Counted from the stretch's first letter, positions 18,965-29,061 are shown. The stretch: DNA of 64,000 bases from an uncultured bacterium (GCA_937863685.1 CALMGM010000009.1:178403-242402); one strand, 5' to 3'. A program made the numbers and translations. Notes: a model not told the origin generated them from the letters alone.

Positions 18965-18997
18965 AAGAGGCTGGATATTTCCAGCCTCTTATTTATT
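18965..18997 (+). terminator. Rho-independent terminator after the surA-like gene
   Basis: AGAGGCTGG-ATATTT-CCAGCCTCT stem-loop followed by a TATTTATT run. Confidence 0.7.
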
Positions 18998-19025
18998 GAC
19001 TTTGGCAAAAGGATTAAGCTATAAT
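18996..19025 (+). promoter_or_regulatory. Near-consensus sigma70 promoter (TTGACT-N18-TATAAT) for galT-glgA(-mglA)
   Basis: The hexamers were read directly from the sequence, ~35 nt upstream of the galT start. Confidence 0.55.
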
Positions 19026-19058
19026 AACCATAAGACTTTCAGCAATAAATATATAATT

Positions 19059-20060
19059 ATGCCTGAATTAAGAAAAGACCCCATCATCGGCCGCTGGGTA
19101 ATCATCTCCACCGAAAGGGGCAAACGCCCGGTGGATTATGAAGTGATACCGGAGCCTACCCGGAAAGGCGGCTGCCCCTTCTGCTACGGAAATGAAGCGC
19201 TTACCCCTCCGGAGATCCTGGCCATCCGTCCGCCGGACTCCCCGCCCAACGGCCCTGGCTGGCAGCTACGGGTGGTGCCCAACAAGTTCCCGGCCCTCCG
19301 GGTCGAAGGGGATCTGGACAAATCCGGAGAAGGACTTTACGATAAAATGACCGGGATCGGGGCCCATGAGGTCTTCATCGAAAGCCCGGTTCACGATCTT
19401 CACTTGGCCGACATGGATGCGGCCCATATTACCGAATTGCTGCAGGCCTTTGCCTCACGGATGCAGGACCTGAAACGTGATATCCGGCTGAAGTACCTGA
19501 TGGTATTCAAGAATCAGGGCTTCCGGGCCGGGGCCACCATGGAACACAGCCATTCCCAGCTTATAGCCACCCCCATCGTACCCAAGACCATCAAGGAGGA
19601 GTTGGAGGGCTCCCTGGAATATTACAGATACAAAGAACGCTGCGTTTTTTGCGACATCATCAAGCAGGAGATCGAGGATACCCGACGGCTGGTTATCGAA
19701 AACCAGCGGTTCATCAGCATAGTCCCCTATGCCGCCCGGTTCCCTTTCGAGACCTGGATATTGCCCAGGGATCACATGTCAAGTTTTGAGGACAGCACGG
19801 CTCCGGATCTGAGAGTGCTGGCCGAGACCCTCAAGGGAACTTTGCTGCGTATGAACCGCTCGGTCAACCGCCCCCCCTATAACCTGGTTCTTCACACTGC
19901 CCCTTGCGACCGTCCCAGGATCGAGCATTACCACTGGCACATGGAGATCATGCCCCGCTTGACCAGGGTGGCCGGATTTGAAAGGGGCACCGGGTTTTAT
20001 ATAAATCCCACTCCGCCTGAGGAGGCGGCAGCTTTCTTGCGGGAGGTTGATCTAAGTTGA
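19059..20060 (+). CDS. galT: GalT-family (HIT-like) hexose-1-phosphate nucleotidyltransferase
   Basis: CPFCxG zinc motif (GCPFCYGNE) and the HSHSQL histidine triad active site. Start placed at MPELRKDPIIGRW rather than the upstream in-frame Met. Confidence 0.75.
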   Translation: MPELRKDPIIGRWVIISTERGKRPVDYEVIPEPTRKGGCPFCYGNEALTPPEILAIRPPDSPPNGPGWQLRVVPNKFPALRVEGDLDKSGEGLYDKMTGIGAHEVFIESPVHDLHLADMDAAHITELLQAFASRMQDLKRDIRLKYLMVFKNQGFRAGATMEHSHSQLIATPIVPKTIKEELEGSLEYYRYKERCVFCDIIKQEIEDTRRLVIENQRFISIVPYAARFPFETWILPRDHMSSFEDSTAPDLRVLAETLKGTLLRMNRSVNRPPYNLVLHTAPCDRPRIEHYHWHMEIMPRLTRVAGFERGTGFYINPTPPEEAAAFLREVDLS

Positions 20061-21511
20061 CCGGCAGGCCGTTGAACATCATAACCATCGCTTCCGAGAT
20101 GGTGCCTTTTGCCAAAACCGGGGGACTGGCTGACGTGGCCGGTTCCCTGGCCAAGCTGTACCATCAGGCGGGACACCGTTCTGTTGCCATCATACCGGCT
20201 TACCAGGCCATAGATAGAAATTTGATGCAGCTGGAGCCTGCCGGAATGGAGTTTGATGTTGCTTTGGGCCAGGGCGCCGAAAGATTGATGATATTCGTCT
20301 CCCGGGCTGTCCCCGGGATCACAACCTATCTCATAGACCATCCCTACTTCAACAGCCGGCCCGGGCTGTACGGCACGAACCAGGGCGATTACGGGGATAA
20401 TGCCCAGAGGTTCATACTGTTTGCCCGGGCCTCGCTGGAGCTGCTAATCCGGCTGGGACTCAAATCGGATGTCATTCACTGTCACGACTGGCAGACCGGC
20501 CTGGTCCCGGTATATCTCAAGAACATTTATGCCGGGGATCCCGCTTTTCAATCTGCCCGGACGGTATTCACCATTCACAATCTGGCCTTTCAGGGATTGT
20601 TCCCGCCCGAGACCATGCTGGCCGCCAGGCTGCCCTGGGCCCTCTTTCATATTGACGGTCTTGAGTTCTACGGCAAAATGAATTTTTTGAAAGGCGGCTT
20701 ATCATTCGCCGATCACATCACCACCGTCAGCCCCACCTATGCCCGGGAGATCCTGACGCCGGAATTCGGCTGCGGCCTGCACGGCCTGCTGGCTGTCAGA
20801 CAACACCAGCTTACCGGGATCATCAACGGCATAGACTATTCCGAATGGGACCCGGCAACCGACAGGTCCCTGCCGGCCAGGTACGATGTATCGAATTTTG
20901 ACAATAAACAGATCGCCAAAAGGCTTTTATGTAAAAGGGTTGGACTGGAATACGATCCGGGGAAGCCCCTGCTGGGAATGGTCTCCCGGCTGGCCGCCCA
21001 GAAAGGCCTGGATATTATTGTTGAAAGCCTGCCCCGAGTTTTCGAGCGCCAAACGAACCTGGTCGTTCTGGGCACCGGCGATATAGGCTATCACGAGCTT
21101 CTCCGCAGCAGCCAGCAGCAATATCCCGGACATTTCGGACTAGAACTGGCCTTTGACAACGAACTGGCCCACCTGATATACGCCGGTTCGGATATGTTCC
21201 TGATGCCCTCCCGGTATGAGCCCTGCGGGCTGGGACAGTTGATCGCCCTCAGATACGGAGCCATTCCCATAGTCCGAAACACCGGAGGCCTGGCCGATAC
21301 CATAGTAGATTACCACCGGGATCCCCGTAACGCCAATGGGTTCGCTTTCAATGAATATTCCCCGGCGGCCTTTTCCGGGGCCATTGACCGGGCCATAGGC
21401 CTGTATGAAGATAAGCCTTCCTGGCAACGGCTGACCGCCAGGGCCATGTCCTGCGATTATTCGTGGGAAGCTTCGGCCCGAAAATATCTAGAGCTTTTTT
21501 ACAAATTATAA
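20057..21511 (+). CDS. glgA: Glycogen synthase (ADP-glucose type), TTG start overlapping the galT stop
   Basis: The N-terminal EMVPFAKTGGLADVAGSL KTGGL motif is present. GT-B length ~480 aa. Confidence 0.85.
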   Translation: MTGRPLNIITIASEMVPFAKTGGLADVAGSLAKLYHQAGHRSVAIIPAYQAIDRNLMQLEPAGMEFDVALGQGAERLMIFVSRAVPGITTYLIDHPYFNSRPGLYGTNQGDYGDNAQRFILFARASLELLIRLGLKSDVIHCHDWQTGLVPVYLKNIYAGDPAFQSARTVFTIHNLAFQGLFPPETMLAARLPWALFHIDGLEFYGKMNFLKGGLSFADHITTVSPTYAREILTPEFGCGLHGLLAVRQHQLTGIINGIDYSEWDPATDRSLPARYDVSNFDNKQIAKRLLCKRVGLEYDPGKPLLGMVSRLAAQKGLDIIVESLPRVFERQTNLVVLGTGDIGYHELLRSSQQQYPGHFGLELAFDNELAHLIYAGSDMFLMPSRYEPCGLGQLIALRYGAIPIVRNTGGLADTIVDYHRDPRNANGFAFNEYSPAAFSGAIDRAIGLYEDKPSWQRLTARAMSCDYSWEASARKYLELFYKL

Positions 21512-21524
21512 TTGATATAAAATT

Positions 21525-22115
21525 ATGGCTCTCATTAACCGAGCTTTGCATGAAATAAGCTGCAAAATCGTCTATTACGGTCCCGGATTGGGGGGTAAAA
21601 CCACCAATTTACGGCAGATCTACCAAAAGGTCGATCCCCAGGCCAAAAGCCAGCTGATCTCTTTGGCCACCGAACTGGATCGCACCCTCTTCTTCGATTT
21701 CATGCCGCTGGACCTGGGGACCATTCAGGGCTACAAGACCAAGTTTCATCTTTACACCGTACCCGGCCAGGTGTTCTACAATGCCAGCCGCAAGCTGGTC
21801 CTAAGGGGGGTGGACGGGATCGTTTTCGTGGCCGATTCCCAGCGGGAGCGGTTTCAGGACACCCTGGCCAGTTTTGCCAATTTAAAAGAGAACCTGGCCG
21901 AGATGTCCCTTTCCATAGACACATTGCCGCTGGTGATCCAGTACAATAAACGGGACCTGCCCAGCATCGTATCCCTGGACGAATTGAAATCCCAGCTGAA
22001 CGCTAGTAATTTACCCGATTTCGAGGCGGTGGCCAGTCAGGGCATCGGGGTCTTCGAGACCCTGAAGGAGATCGCCCGCCAGGTGTTGGGCAATGTGGGA
22101 AGAAGGTCCCTGTAG
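21525..22115 (+). CDS. mglA: MglA-type small Ras-like GTPase
   Basis: Near-colinear with Myxococcus MglA (CKIVYYGPGLGGKTTNL...DRTLFFDF...FHLYTVPGQVFY...VDGIVFVADSQ...VIQYNKRDLP). Confidence 0.8.
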   Translation: MALINRALHEISCKIVYYGPGLGGKTTNLRQIYQKVDPQAKSQLISLATELDRTLFFDFMPLDLGTIQGYKTKFHLYTVPGQVFYNASRKLVLRGVDGIVFVADSQRERFQDTLASFANLKENLAEMSLSIDTLPLVIQYNKRDLPSIVSLDELKSQLNASNLPDFEAVASQGIGVFETLKEIARQVLGNVGRRSL

Positions 22116-22176
22116 AAATCAATATTAACCGCCTGGGCCAATCGAATCACCTTCGATTGGTCTTGTTTGTAAGAGG

Positions 22177-24240
22177 ATGCTGGAAACAAATATTCAATAT
22201 TTAAAAGGAGTGGGACCCAAGCGGGCCCTGCTTTTCAACAAGCTGGGCATAGCATCGGTAAGGGACCTGCTGTACTATCCTCCCCGGAGATATCTGGACC
22301 GCAGTCTGATAAAAAATATCCGAGATATCAGGACCGGCGATAATGTGACCTTGTTCGGACAGGTGGCCGACAAAGGATTGGTCCGCACCAGGCGTAATTT
22401 CACCATTCTCAATCTGCTGGTCAGCGACGACACCGGCTATCTGCTGTGCAAATGGTTCAATCAACCCTACCTGAAGGACCGCTTTCAACCCGGAGACCGT
22501 TTGGTGGTTTCCGGGCAGGTCCTTTCGGACCACGGCCTGTCCATGTCCAATCCGGAATACGAATTGCTGGATAACGAGGAGGCCGAGCTGATCCATACAG
22601 GAAGGATCGTCCCCTTTCACCCCGCCACCGCAGGGCTTTCAGCCAAGCAGATTCGGCAGGTGATGAAATCCGCCCTGGAAGGATATCTCCACATGATCGA
22701 AGAGCCCCTTCCTCCGGAGCTTATCGACTCAAAAGACCTGATGGATATACGACAGTCACTGGCCCAGCTGCATTTCCCGGATACAATGGAGTCCTTGTCC
22801 CAAGCCCGGCGCCGGCTGGCCTTTGAAGAATTGCTCTACCTGGAACTGATCCTTTTCCTTCAGAAGAACTCCCTGCAGAGACGCGAAGTGAGCACCATTA
22901 TCAAAGCATCGGATTGGAGGAATGATCTCTCCTCAATTCTCCCTTTTGCGCTCACCGGCGCCCAGCAAAGGGTGATCGGGGAGATATCAAATGACATCGG
23001 TCGGGCCAGGCCGATGCACCGCCTGCTTCAGGGCGATGTCGGCTCCGGGAAGACCATTGTGGCTTTGGCCGCCATAATACAGGCGGTAAAGGGCGGGACC
23101 CAGGCCAGTTTGATGGCCCCCACCGAACTTCTGGCCGAACAACATTACAATTCCCTGCGACCTTGGCTGAGCGGGTTGAACATTACCTCCGCCCTTCTGA
23201 CCAGCAAGACCAAAAATAAGCACCGATCTGAAATCTATCAGGGGCTAAGCGACGGCGGAGTGAGTGTCTGCATGGGCACCCAAGCATTGATCCAGGAATC
23301 CGTTGAATTTGCCAACCTGGGCCTGGCCATAATCGATGAACAGCACCGCTTCGGAGTAAAACAACGGGCGGCTTTTCGCTTCAAGGGCAGATATCCCCAC
23401 ACCCTGGTCATGACCGCCACACCCATACCCAGAACCCTGGCCATGACGGTATACGGGGATCTTGACGTCTCCACCATCGATCAGATGCCCCAAGGGAGGC
23501 AGAGCATAACCACCAAGTGGACCGCCGAGGCCAACCGTTCCAAAGTATATGATTTCATCGAACAGCAGATGGAGCAGGGAAGGCAAGCTTACGTGGTCTA
23601 CCCGGTCATCGAGGAGTCAGATAAAACTGAGCTTAAGGCCGCCATCAAGATGCACCGGGCCTTGGCCCAGGATGTTTTCAAGGACCGCCGGGTGGGCTTG
23701 ATGCATGGGCAGCTGCCGGCCGAGGAACGCCAGTCGGTGATGGAGGATTTCAGGAACCACCAGATCGATATCCTGGTATCCACCACTGTCATTGAGGTGG
23801 GCATAGACGTGCCCAACGCCAACATCATGTTCATCGAACATGCCGAAAGATTCGGCCTGTCGCAGCTACACCAATTAAGGGGCAGGGTTGGGAGAGGCAG
23901 CCATAAATCATATTGCATTTTGATGGCCGGACCAAAACTGACGCCCGAGGCCAGGCAAAGGCTGGACACCATGCAAAGCATGAGTGACGGCTTTAAAATC
24001 GCCGAAAAGGATCTGGAACTGCGGGGCCCGGGTGAGTTTTGGAGCACCAGACAGCATGGTCTACCTCAGCTAAAGATTGCCGATCTGACCAGGGATGCCG
24101 GGTTGATAGGCCCGGCCAGGGAGGAAGCCAAACGCATCCTGGCTGGCGATCTCGACCTGTCCCAAAAAAAGCACTTGGGAATCAAAACCGGGCTTCACGC
24201 TTTTCACCCCGAGGCGGACAAGTTCACCTCAACCGGATAA
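22177..24240 (+). CDS. recG: ATP-dependent DNA helicase RecG
   Basis: N-terminal wedge/OB domain. Helicase motifs LQGDVGSGKT, DEQHRFG and TATPIPRTL. Typical RecG C-terminal region. Confidence 0.9.
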   Translation: MLETNIQYLKGVGPKRALLFNKLGIASVRDLLYYPPRRYLDRSLIKNIRDIRTGDNVTLFGQVADKGLVRTRRNFTILNLLVSDDTGYLLCKWFNQPYLKDRFQPGDRLVVSGQVLSDHGLSMSNPEYELLDNEEAELIHTGRIVPFHPATAGLSAKQIRQVMKSALEGYLHMIEEPLPPELIDSKDLMDIRQSLAQLHFPDTMESLSQARRRLAFEELLYLELILFLQKNSLQRREVSTIIKASDWRNDLSSILPFALTGAQQRVIGEISNDIGRARPMHRLLQGDVGSGKTIVALAAIIQAVKGGTQASLMAPTELLAEQHYNSLRPWLSGLNITSALLTSKTKNKHRSEIYQGLSDGGVSVCMGTQALIQESVEFANLGLAIIDEQHRFGVKQRAAFRFKGRYPHTLVMTATPIPRTLAMTVYGDLDVSTIDQMPQGRQSITTKWTAEANRSKVYDFIEQQMEQGRQAYVVYPVIEESDKTELKAAIKMHRALAQDVFKDRRVGLMHGQLPAEERQSVMEDFRNHQIDILVSTTVIEVGIDVPNANIMFIEHAERFGLSQLHQLRGRVGRGSHKSYCILMAGPKLTPEARQRLDTMQSMSDGFKIAEKDLELRGPGEFWSTRQHGLPQLKIADLTRDAGLIGPAREEAKRILAGDLDLSQKKHLGIKTGLHAFHPEADKFTSTG

Positions 24241-24242
24241 AG

Positions 24243-24272
24243 AAAAGCCCCCGCCACCTGCGGGGGCTTTCA
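24243..24272 (+). terminator. Rho-independent terminator after recG
   Basis: GCCCCCGC-CACCT-GCGGGGGC followed by TTTC. Confidence 0.65.
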
Positions 24273-24462
24273 ATTCAAATATGGGAATATGGCTTTATAA
24301 TCCCTTCAATTCTATGGCCGCGCCAATGCTAATTTGGTGACTCTGGCCAAACAGATGGCCATGGAAACGATGCAGAAGCTCTTGACTACAGAGAAACAGG
24401 CCTTTCTGGATAATAATCTATAATTTCACTTTCGGATGCCCGGGAGTTGATCCAAAACGTAT

Positions 24463-24500
24463 AAAAAAGCCACCAGACAAATAGCAGGGTGGCTTTTTTT
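24463..24500. terminator. Bidirectional terminator hairpin (A-run, GCCACC...GGTGGC, T-run) downstream of the FG-GAP gene
   Basis: AAAAAAGCCACCAGACAAATAGCAGGGTGGCTTTTTTT. Confidence 0.65.
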
Positions 24501-24505
24501 GCGCA

Positions 24506-26836
24506 TTATTTTAGCTTGACGATCTTCCTGGTCTCATCCCCGTCCCTGCTTGATAATCTTACGAAATATATTCCGGCAGATACGGCCTGGCCCTTACTAC
24601 TTTTCCCGTCCCAATTCAAGGTGTATGTCCCAGGATCCAGGACTCCACTTTGTTCTATGCTGACCAGTCTGCCCAGAATGTCATATATCCGGAGTTCTGT
24701 TAAACCGCGGGATGCCACGTTATATCTTATGGTTGTTTTTTCCCTAAGGGGATTGGGCCAGACATCTAATCTTAAAGAAAGATTTTTAGGGTCTTCCCCT
24801 GCATTCTTGTCCTCCACTCCCAAGGCCGGGTTGGTCAGAAAACCCCTGATCAGCGAATCGCACTGAGGGCTGATCCCGGCGCCTCCGGTGTAATAAAGAC
24901 AATATCCGGAACCGCTGCCGCAATATACCCCAGCCAGGATTGTATTCACTGCCCCCAACCTAGCAACCCGCACCCCATTGGCCCCCAGCCCTGACAACCT
25001 CCCAAAGCCCGAAACCGCCGTTCCAATCGTATCATTCGTCTGGATGCCGCTAACTCCAAACGGTTGATCGTACGTCGCAACGATAGCTATGCCAGCGCCA
25101 GTATAACTACTATAACCAGTGGCCCCTACCCAGCCGCTGATGGGTGTGATATTAGTGGTCCCGCAAAGTTCATACGGTGTCTGGCGGGTCAGCAATACCC
25201 GCCCCCCGGCCTCAATATACTGACGAATCGATGCCGTATCTTCGGGGGTTGCCCCATGTTCTATAACCATTGTCTGGTAGGTTGTCCCGTTGATCGGGGG
25301 AACGCTCCACAAGCTGTCCACCGATTCCCAGACGCCTTTCACCAACTCCATCATAGAATGGTCGCCGCCAACCACTGCCGCCTGCCCCGAACCCAGGACC
25401 CATAATGTAACGGTGGAGTCGGCATTCAAGGTATCCACCGAATCTGCAGCTGTAACAGTAATAGCAAACTGCCCGGGGGCCATATCAATTGAAGCTACAA
25501 CCTGTAGCGAACAAGAACCACTGGGATTGATATAGGGGGGATTGAAAATAAAACTGACCTGTCCTGCTTCCGGTTCAGGATTGACAGCCGCGCTGAGTTT
25601 TACCGTGCCGTGATAGTCATTATGTGAATCGATTGAAACCAAAATATTTTCGGTTCCGCCAGGGACAAGGGAGATGGCAATGGGCGTCATGCGTGGCCTG
25701 AAGTCGGGCATATTCTCCCACAGGAAAAGATCCCCCAGATCCTCAGACCCGGAAACAATATCGAGATCCCCATCCAGGTCAATATCATCTGCCTCCAGCG
25801 CCCAGCCGCGTCCGAAATCGCTTCGAAGCACCATCGGGGTCCAGCTAAAACTGTCGTTCCGGAATACGGACAATTCTCCCGGGATCATCCCCACTGCCGC
25901 AATGTCCAGATCGCCGTCGCCGTCAAGATCGCCGCCCCGGACATTCACCGCCCCGCCCAGCTGGTCCGTGACGGTATGTTTTATCCATTGGTTCGCTGCC
26001 AGGTCCTGACAAAGCCAGTATGCTACCTCCTGACATTCGGCACCGGCGGCAATTATATCGAAGAGGCTGTCTCCGTCCATGAGCACCGGCATGGCTATCT
26101 GGGCCCCAGCGAAATCAGAGTTTATTACATGTTCCTCCCAATTTACCGGATCCCCGCCCAGGTTATTCCACCAACAGATCGTATTGGCAGTCTCGGCCGC
26201 CCCGATAACATCTAGATCTCCGTCCCGGTCAATATCGTGAATTGTCACTGTTTTGGCTCCGGCCAAGCTGTCGCATAATGAATACTCCGTCCAGCCCGGG
26301 GTCTCAGCACCGTCGTTATAGAATACCGAAATAGCACCGGGATATGAACTGACCCCTACTACGTCTGTGTGCCCGTCGGCGTTGATGTCAGCGCACATAG
26401 CATCGTGCGCGCCGTAGGGATATCCTATCACCCGTTTGGTCCAGCCTTCAGTTGGGTCGCCGCTGTTCTGCCACCACTCGATCTTGCCCTTATACAATTC
26501 CGTGGCGACGATATCGGGAAAGGTATCATTGTTGATATATGCGATTTCGACCGACATAGCATCATTTATTGCAACATCCACCGTAAACCGCGTCCATTTT
26601 ATGGGATGTCCGCCATCGTTTTTCCACCAGTAAATGCCTGTGCCCGGTATCTCAGTGCCGCCAATGATATCTTTGTCGCCGTCACGGTCAAGGTCAAAGA
26701 TTTTTATGCATGAGATACCCGGGACGTCAAGATCGATGGGCTGCTCAACCAAAGATATGGTTTGGGCCCCGGCAAAATGAAATGATAAAGCCAGGTAAAG
26801 CCAGCCCATTACTATGCTGGTTATGATTCTTTTCAT
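24506..26836 (-). CDS. Secreted FG-GAP/VCBS-repeat protein with T9SS C-terminal sorting domain
   Basis: Signal peptide MKRIITSIVMGWLYLALSFHFAGA. Repeated DxDxDGxxD Ca-binding FG-GAP units (DLDRDGDKDIIGG, DINADGHTDVVG, DIDRDGDLDVIG, GDLDGDGDLDIAAVG). C-terminal VWPNPLREKTTIRYNV...LRIYDILGRLV sorting domain. Confidence 0.7.
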   Translation of the reverse strand: MKRIITSIVMGWLYLALSFHFAGAQTISLVEQPIDLDVPGISCIKIFDLDRDGDKDIIGGTEIPGTGIYWWKNDGGHPIKWTRFTVDVAINDAMSVEIAYINNDTFPDIVATELYKGKIEWWQNSGDPTEGWTKRVIGYPYGAHDAMCADINADGHTDVVGVSSYPGAISVFYNDGAETPGWTEYSLCDSLAGAKTVTIHDIDRDGDLDVIGAAETANTICWWNNLGGDPVNWEEHVINSDFAGAQIAMPVLMDGDSLFDIIAAGAECQEVAYWLCQDLAANQWIKHTVTDQLGGAVNVRGGDLDGDGDLDIAAVGMIPGELSVFRNDSFSWTPMVLRSDFGRGWALEADDIDLDGDLDIVSGSEDLGDLFLWENMPDFRPRMTPIAISLVPGGTENILVSIDSHNDYHGTVKLSAAVNPEPEAGQVSFIFNPPYINPSGSCSLQVVASIDMAPGQFAITVTAADSVDTLNADSTVTLWVLGSGQAAVVGGDHSMMELVKGVWESVDSLWSVPPINGTTYQTMVIEHGATPEDTASIRQYIEAGGRVLLTRQTPYELCGTTNITPISGWVGATGYSSYTGAGIAIVATYDQPFGVSGIQTNDTIGTAVSGFGRLSGLGANGVRVARLGAVNTILAGVYCGSGSGYCLYYTGGAGISPQCDSLIRGFLTNPALGVEDKNAGEDPKNLSLRLDVWPNPLREKTTIRYNVASRGLTELRIYDILGRLVSIEQSGVLDPGTYTLNWDGKSSKGQAVSAGIYFVRLSSRDGDETRKIVKLK

Positions 26837-26966
26837 GATTCTCCTCTCTTTTAAATTTATTTTATTATAACAATGAAAAGGACAAACGTTTGTTTGTATT
26901 TTTATCTTAAAAATATGCCGTTTTATCGGCTTGATCAAGGATTTTATTAATGCACGGATACGCTCC

Positions 26967-27698
26967 CTATCCTCTACTTCCTGACTGCATTTTATCCCTG
27001 CTCAAAGTATCCTGTTTTACTTTCTTTAGCAAAGATCCGCCTTTTTGTATCGCCGATTTATCAATTGCCGGCGACATGCCCTGTATCAGAATGTCAACGA
27101 AAGTGAAGTATAGTTCCTCCCGTTTGGCCGCAGATAAACCATTTTTCATCATGATCTCATTTAAGTTAGCACGCAATGAAAGATAAATGTATGAAAGTGT
27201 CCACCATAGATCCAGGCCGCCACGCACCGTTCCCTCTTGCTGAGCCTGTTTTAGGACCGCTTGCATATATTTTTCGGTGCGGTCATAATACTCTTTATGT
27301 TCGGCATAAAGCTTTTTATAGATATCCGCAAAATACAATCCCCGGAAGTCTATATAGATCAGCAAATGGAGATCGGTGGGGTGGCCCGCAAAATAGCTAT
27401 AGTAGGAACGGGAGAACGCCCAGAGCTTGTCGATTCCGGTGGGCATGGCATCCATTTGTCCCTGATGGCTGCCCCAACGTTCCTGAAAACGCTCCAGGTA
27501 GATGGCCACCAGTAATTCATCCTTGCTCGAAAAGTATGAATAAACTGTCTGTTTGGTATATTCGGACTTACGGGCGATCTCATCCATGGTCACGTTCAGA
27601 ACGCCCTTGGACTCCATCAATTCCCACGCTGCTTTCATGATGTCACGCCGCCGGATGCCAGCAATATCCTGCCGTCTTTGCTTTACTCCCATATTCAT
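26967..27698 (-). CDS. TetR/AcrR-family transcriptional regulator
   Basis: N-terminal HTH TMDEIARKSEYTKQTVYSYFSSKDEL. Confidence 0.65.
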   Translation of the reverse strand: MNMGVKQRRQDIAGIRRRDIMKAAWELMESKGVLNVTMDEIARKSEYTKQTVYSYFSSKDELLVAIYLERFQERWGSHQGQMDAMPTGIDKLWAFSRSYYSYFAGHPTDLHLLIYIDFRGLYFADIYKKLYAEHKEYYDRTEKYMQAVLKQAQQEGTVRGGLDLWWTLSYIYLSLRANLNEIMMKNGLSAAKREELYFTFVDILIQGMSPAIDKSAIQKGGSLLKKVKQDTLSRDKMQSGSRG

Positions 27699-27787
27699 AC
27701 CCTCAGTATTATTATTTAGACTTATAGTATGATATTTTTATTATTTTGTCAAGTGTTTTTTAATTATTTTTTTCTATCGCACTATAA

Positions 27788-27820
27788 ATAAAAAAAGCCC
27801 CTCGCTGTCGAGAGGCTTTC
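27788..27820 (-). terminator. Rho-independent terminator (minus strand) downstream of the beta-barrel gene
   Basis: On the minus strand, GCCTCTCG-ACAG-CGAGGGGC is followed by TTTTTTT. Confidence 0.65.
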
Positions 27821-27840
27821 GGGTCATTAAGATGTAATCT

Positions 27841-28503
27841 TTAAAAACCTTTTAATTCTATGGCTGCACCAAGGCCGATGCCAGACATATCGAGTTCCCG
27901 CTCCCAGCCGCCGTCCTCTTCGCGGGCAACAGTGGTGCCATTATAAGAGGCCTCCAACAGCAATGCGCTGCGCAGCCCCAGCCCGATCCTGGCTCCTCCC
28001 CTGACCCGCCAGCCGAAGCCGGTGTAAAGGCCGTCATCCGGGCCCTGGGTGATCTTATCAACGGCGATGGTGGTATCCTTGTAATCATAGGACACTTTGG
28101 CTAATCCCCACCCCAGGTCGCCCCCCAGATAGGGTTTTATCGCACCGCCGGCGGGGATGGTAATATTCAGACTAGCCCACAAGGGCAGATAAGTGACCTT
28201 ATGTTCGTAAAGCACCTTGACCATAGTCGTAGTGGTTATCCCGGTGGTGCTGGAGGTGTCAGCTTCTTGCTTCTCCTCGAAGCTTTTGCCGAAGTATTCC
28301 AGCCCCAATGATAGGTTGACCATATCGTCCACCGCATTTCCGACCCCCAGGCCCAGCAGAAGCCCGCCGTTGCCCTTCACCCCGGAGGGGTTATAATATC
28401 CACCCTTCAGCATTAGAACGCTGTTGGCAAAAGGCAGCATCCCGGCCGAAGCGGTTGCCGCCATAGAGATAACCACCAGTAGAATTATCGCGATTTTTTT
28501 CAT
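27841..28503 (-). CDS. Small outer-membrane beta-barrel protein (OmpW/OmpA-barrel-like)
   Basis: Signal peptide MKKIAIILLVVISMAATASA. Alternating hydrophobic beta-strand pattern. C-terminal ...AAIELKGF with terminal Phe. Confidence 0.55.
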   Translation of the reverse strand: MKKIAIILLVVISMAATASAGMLPFANSVLMLKGGYYNPSGVKGNGGLLLGLGVGNAVDDMVNLSLGLEYFGKSFEEKQEADTSSTTGITTTTMVKVLYEHKVTYLPLWASLNITIPAGGAIKPYLGGDLGWGLAKVSYDYKDTTIAVDKITQGPDDGLYTGFGWRVRGGARIGLGLRSALLLEASYNGTTVAREEDGGWERELDMSGIGLGAAIELKGF

Positions 28504-28528
28504 AATATTCCCATCTGATCTTTTTTGA

Positions 28529-28729
28529 TTAAATATTCTGTTCGGCAAGTGCTAGGCAGGATACCGGGCAGGCATCTACGCAGGCCCCACATTCGGTACA
28601 GGCCGCGGCCTTGACCACTACCGCCTTGTCCGACGGCATCTCCAGCACGCTGGTGGGACAGGCCGAAACGCAGGCCCCGCAGCCGATGCAGGCCTCAATA
28701 TCAATCTTGGGATATGTTTTCTTGGGCAT
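28529..28729 (-). CDS. 2x[4Fe-4S] ferredoxin
   Basis: Two CxxCxxCxxxCP motifs (CIGCGACVSACP, CTECGACVDACP). Confidence 0.8.
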   Translation of the reverse strand: MPKKTYPKIDIEACIGCGACVSACPTSVLEMPSDKAVVVKAAACTECGACVDACPVSCLALAEQNI

Positions 28730-28746
28730 CTTTAACTCCTTGTAGT

Positions 28747-28977
28747 TTATTTCTTCTTTTCCAATTTGGTGATATCCTTGAGCACCAGATTCTTCTTTTG
28801 GGACAGTATCCTCTCATGTTTAAGTTCCTCGGAAACCAGCTGTTTGAATAGGCTCTTCACGTCGTATTCGTAAGAGTAGGTGGCTTCCCGGGCATATCTC
28901 TCCTGGGCCTGCCTTTCATACTTGATGGCCATGTCCAGGGCCTTGACCAGTTTTTTTGCCAGTTTGAGGTCTTCCAT
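28747..28977 (-). CDS. Small helical protein, possibly ferritin/rubrerythrin-like fragment
   Basis: ExxH-type motifs (YERQAQERYAREA, EELKHERIL). Very tentative. Confidence 0.35.
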   Translation of the reverse strand: MEDLKLAKKLVKALDMAIKYERQAQERYAREATYSYEYDVKSLFKQLVSEELKHERILSQKKNLVLKDITKLEKKK

Positions 28978-29061
28978 CGGTTCTCCTTAATCGTTTATTG
29001 CTATTATGCTCTTTAACTGCAGTAAATATTATCATAAGAAGCACATTTTGGCAAGGGGCAT

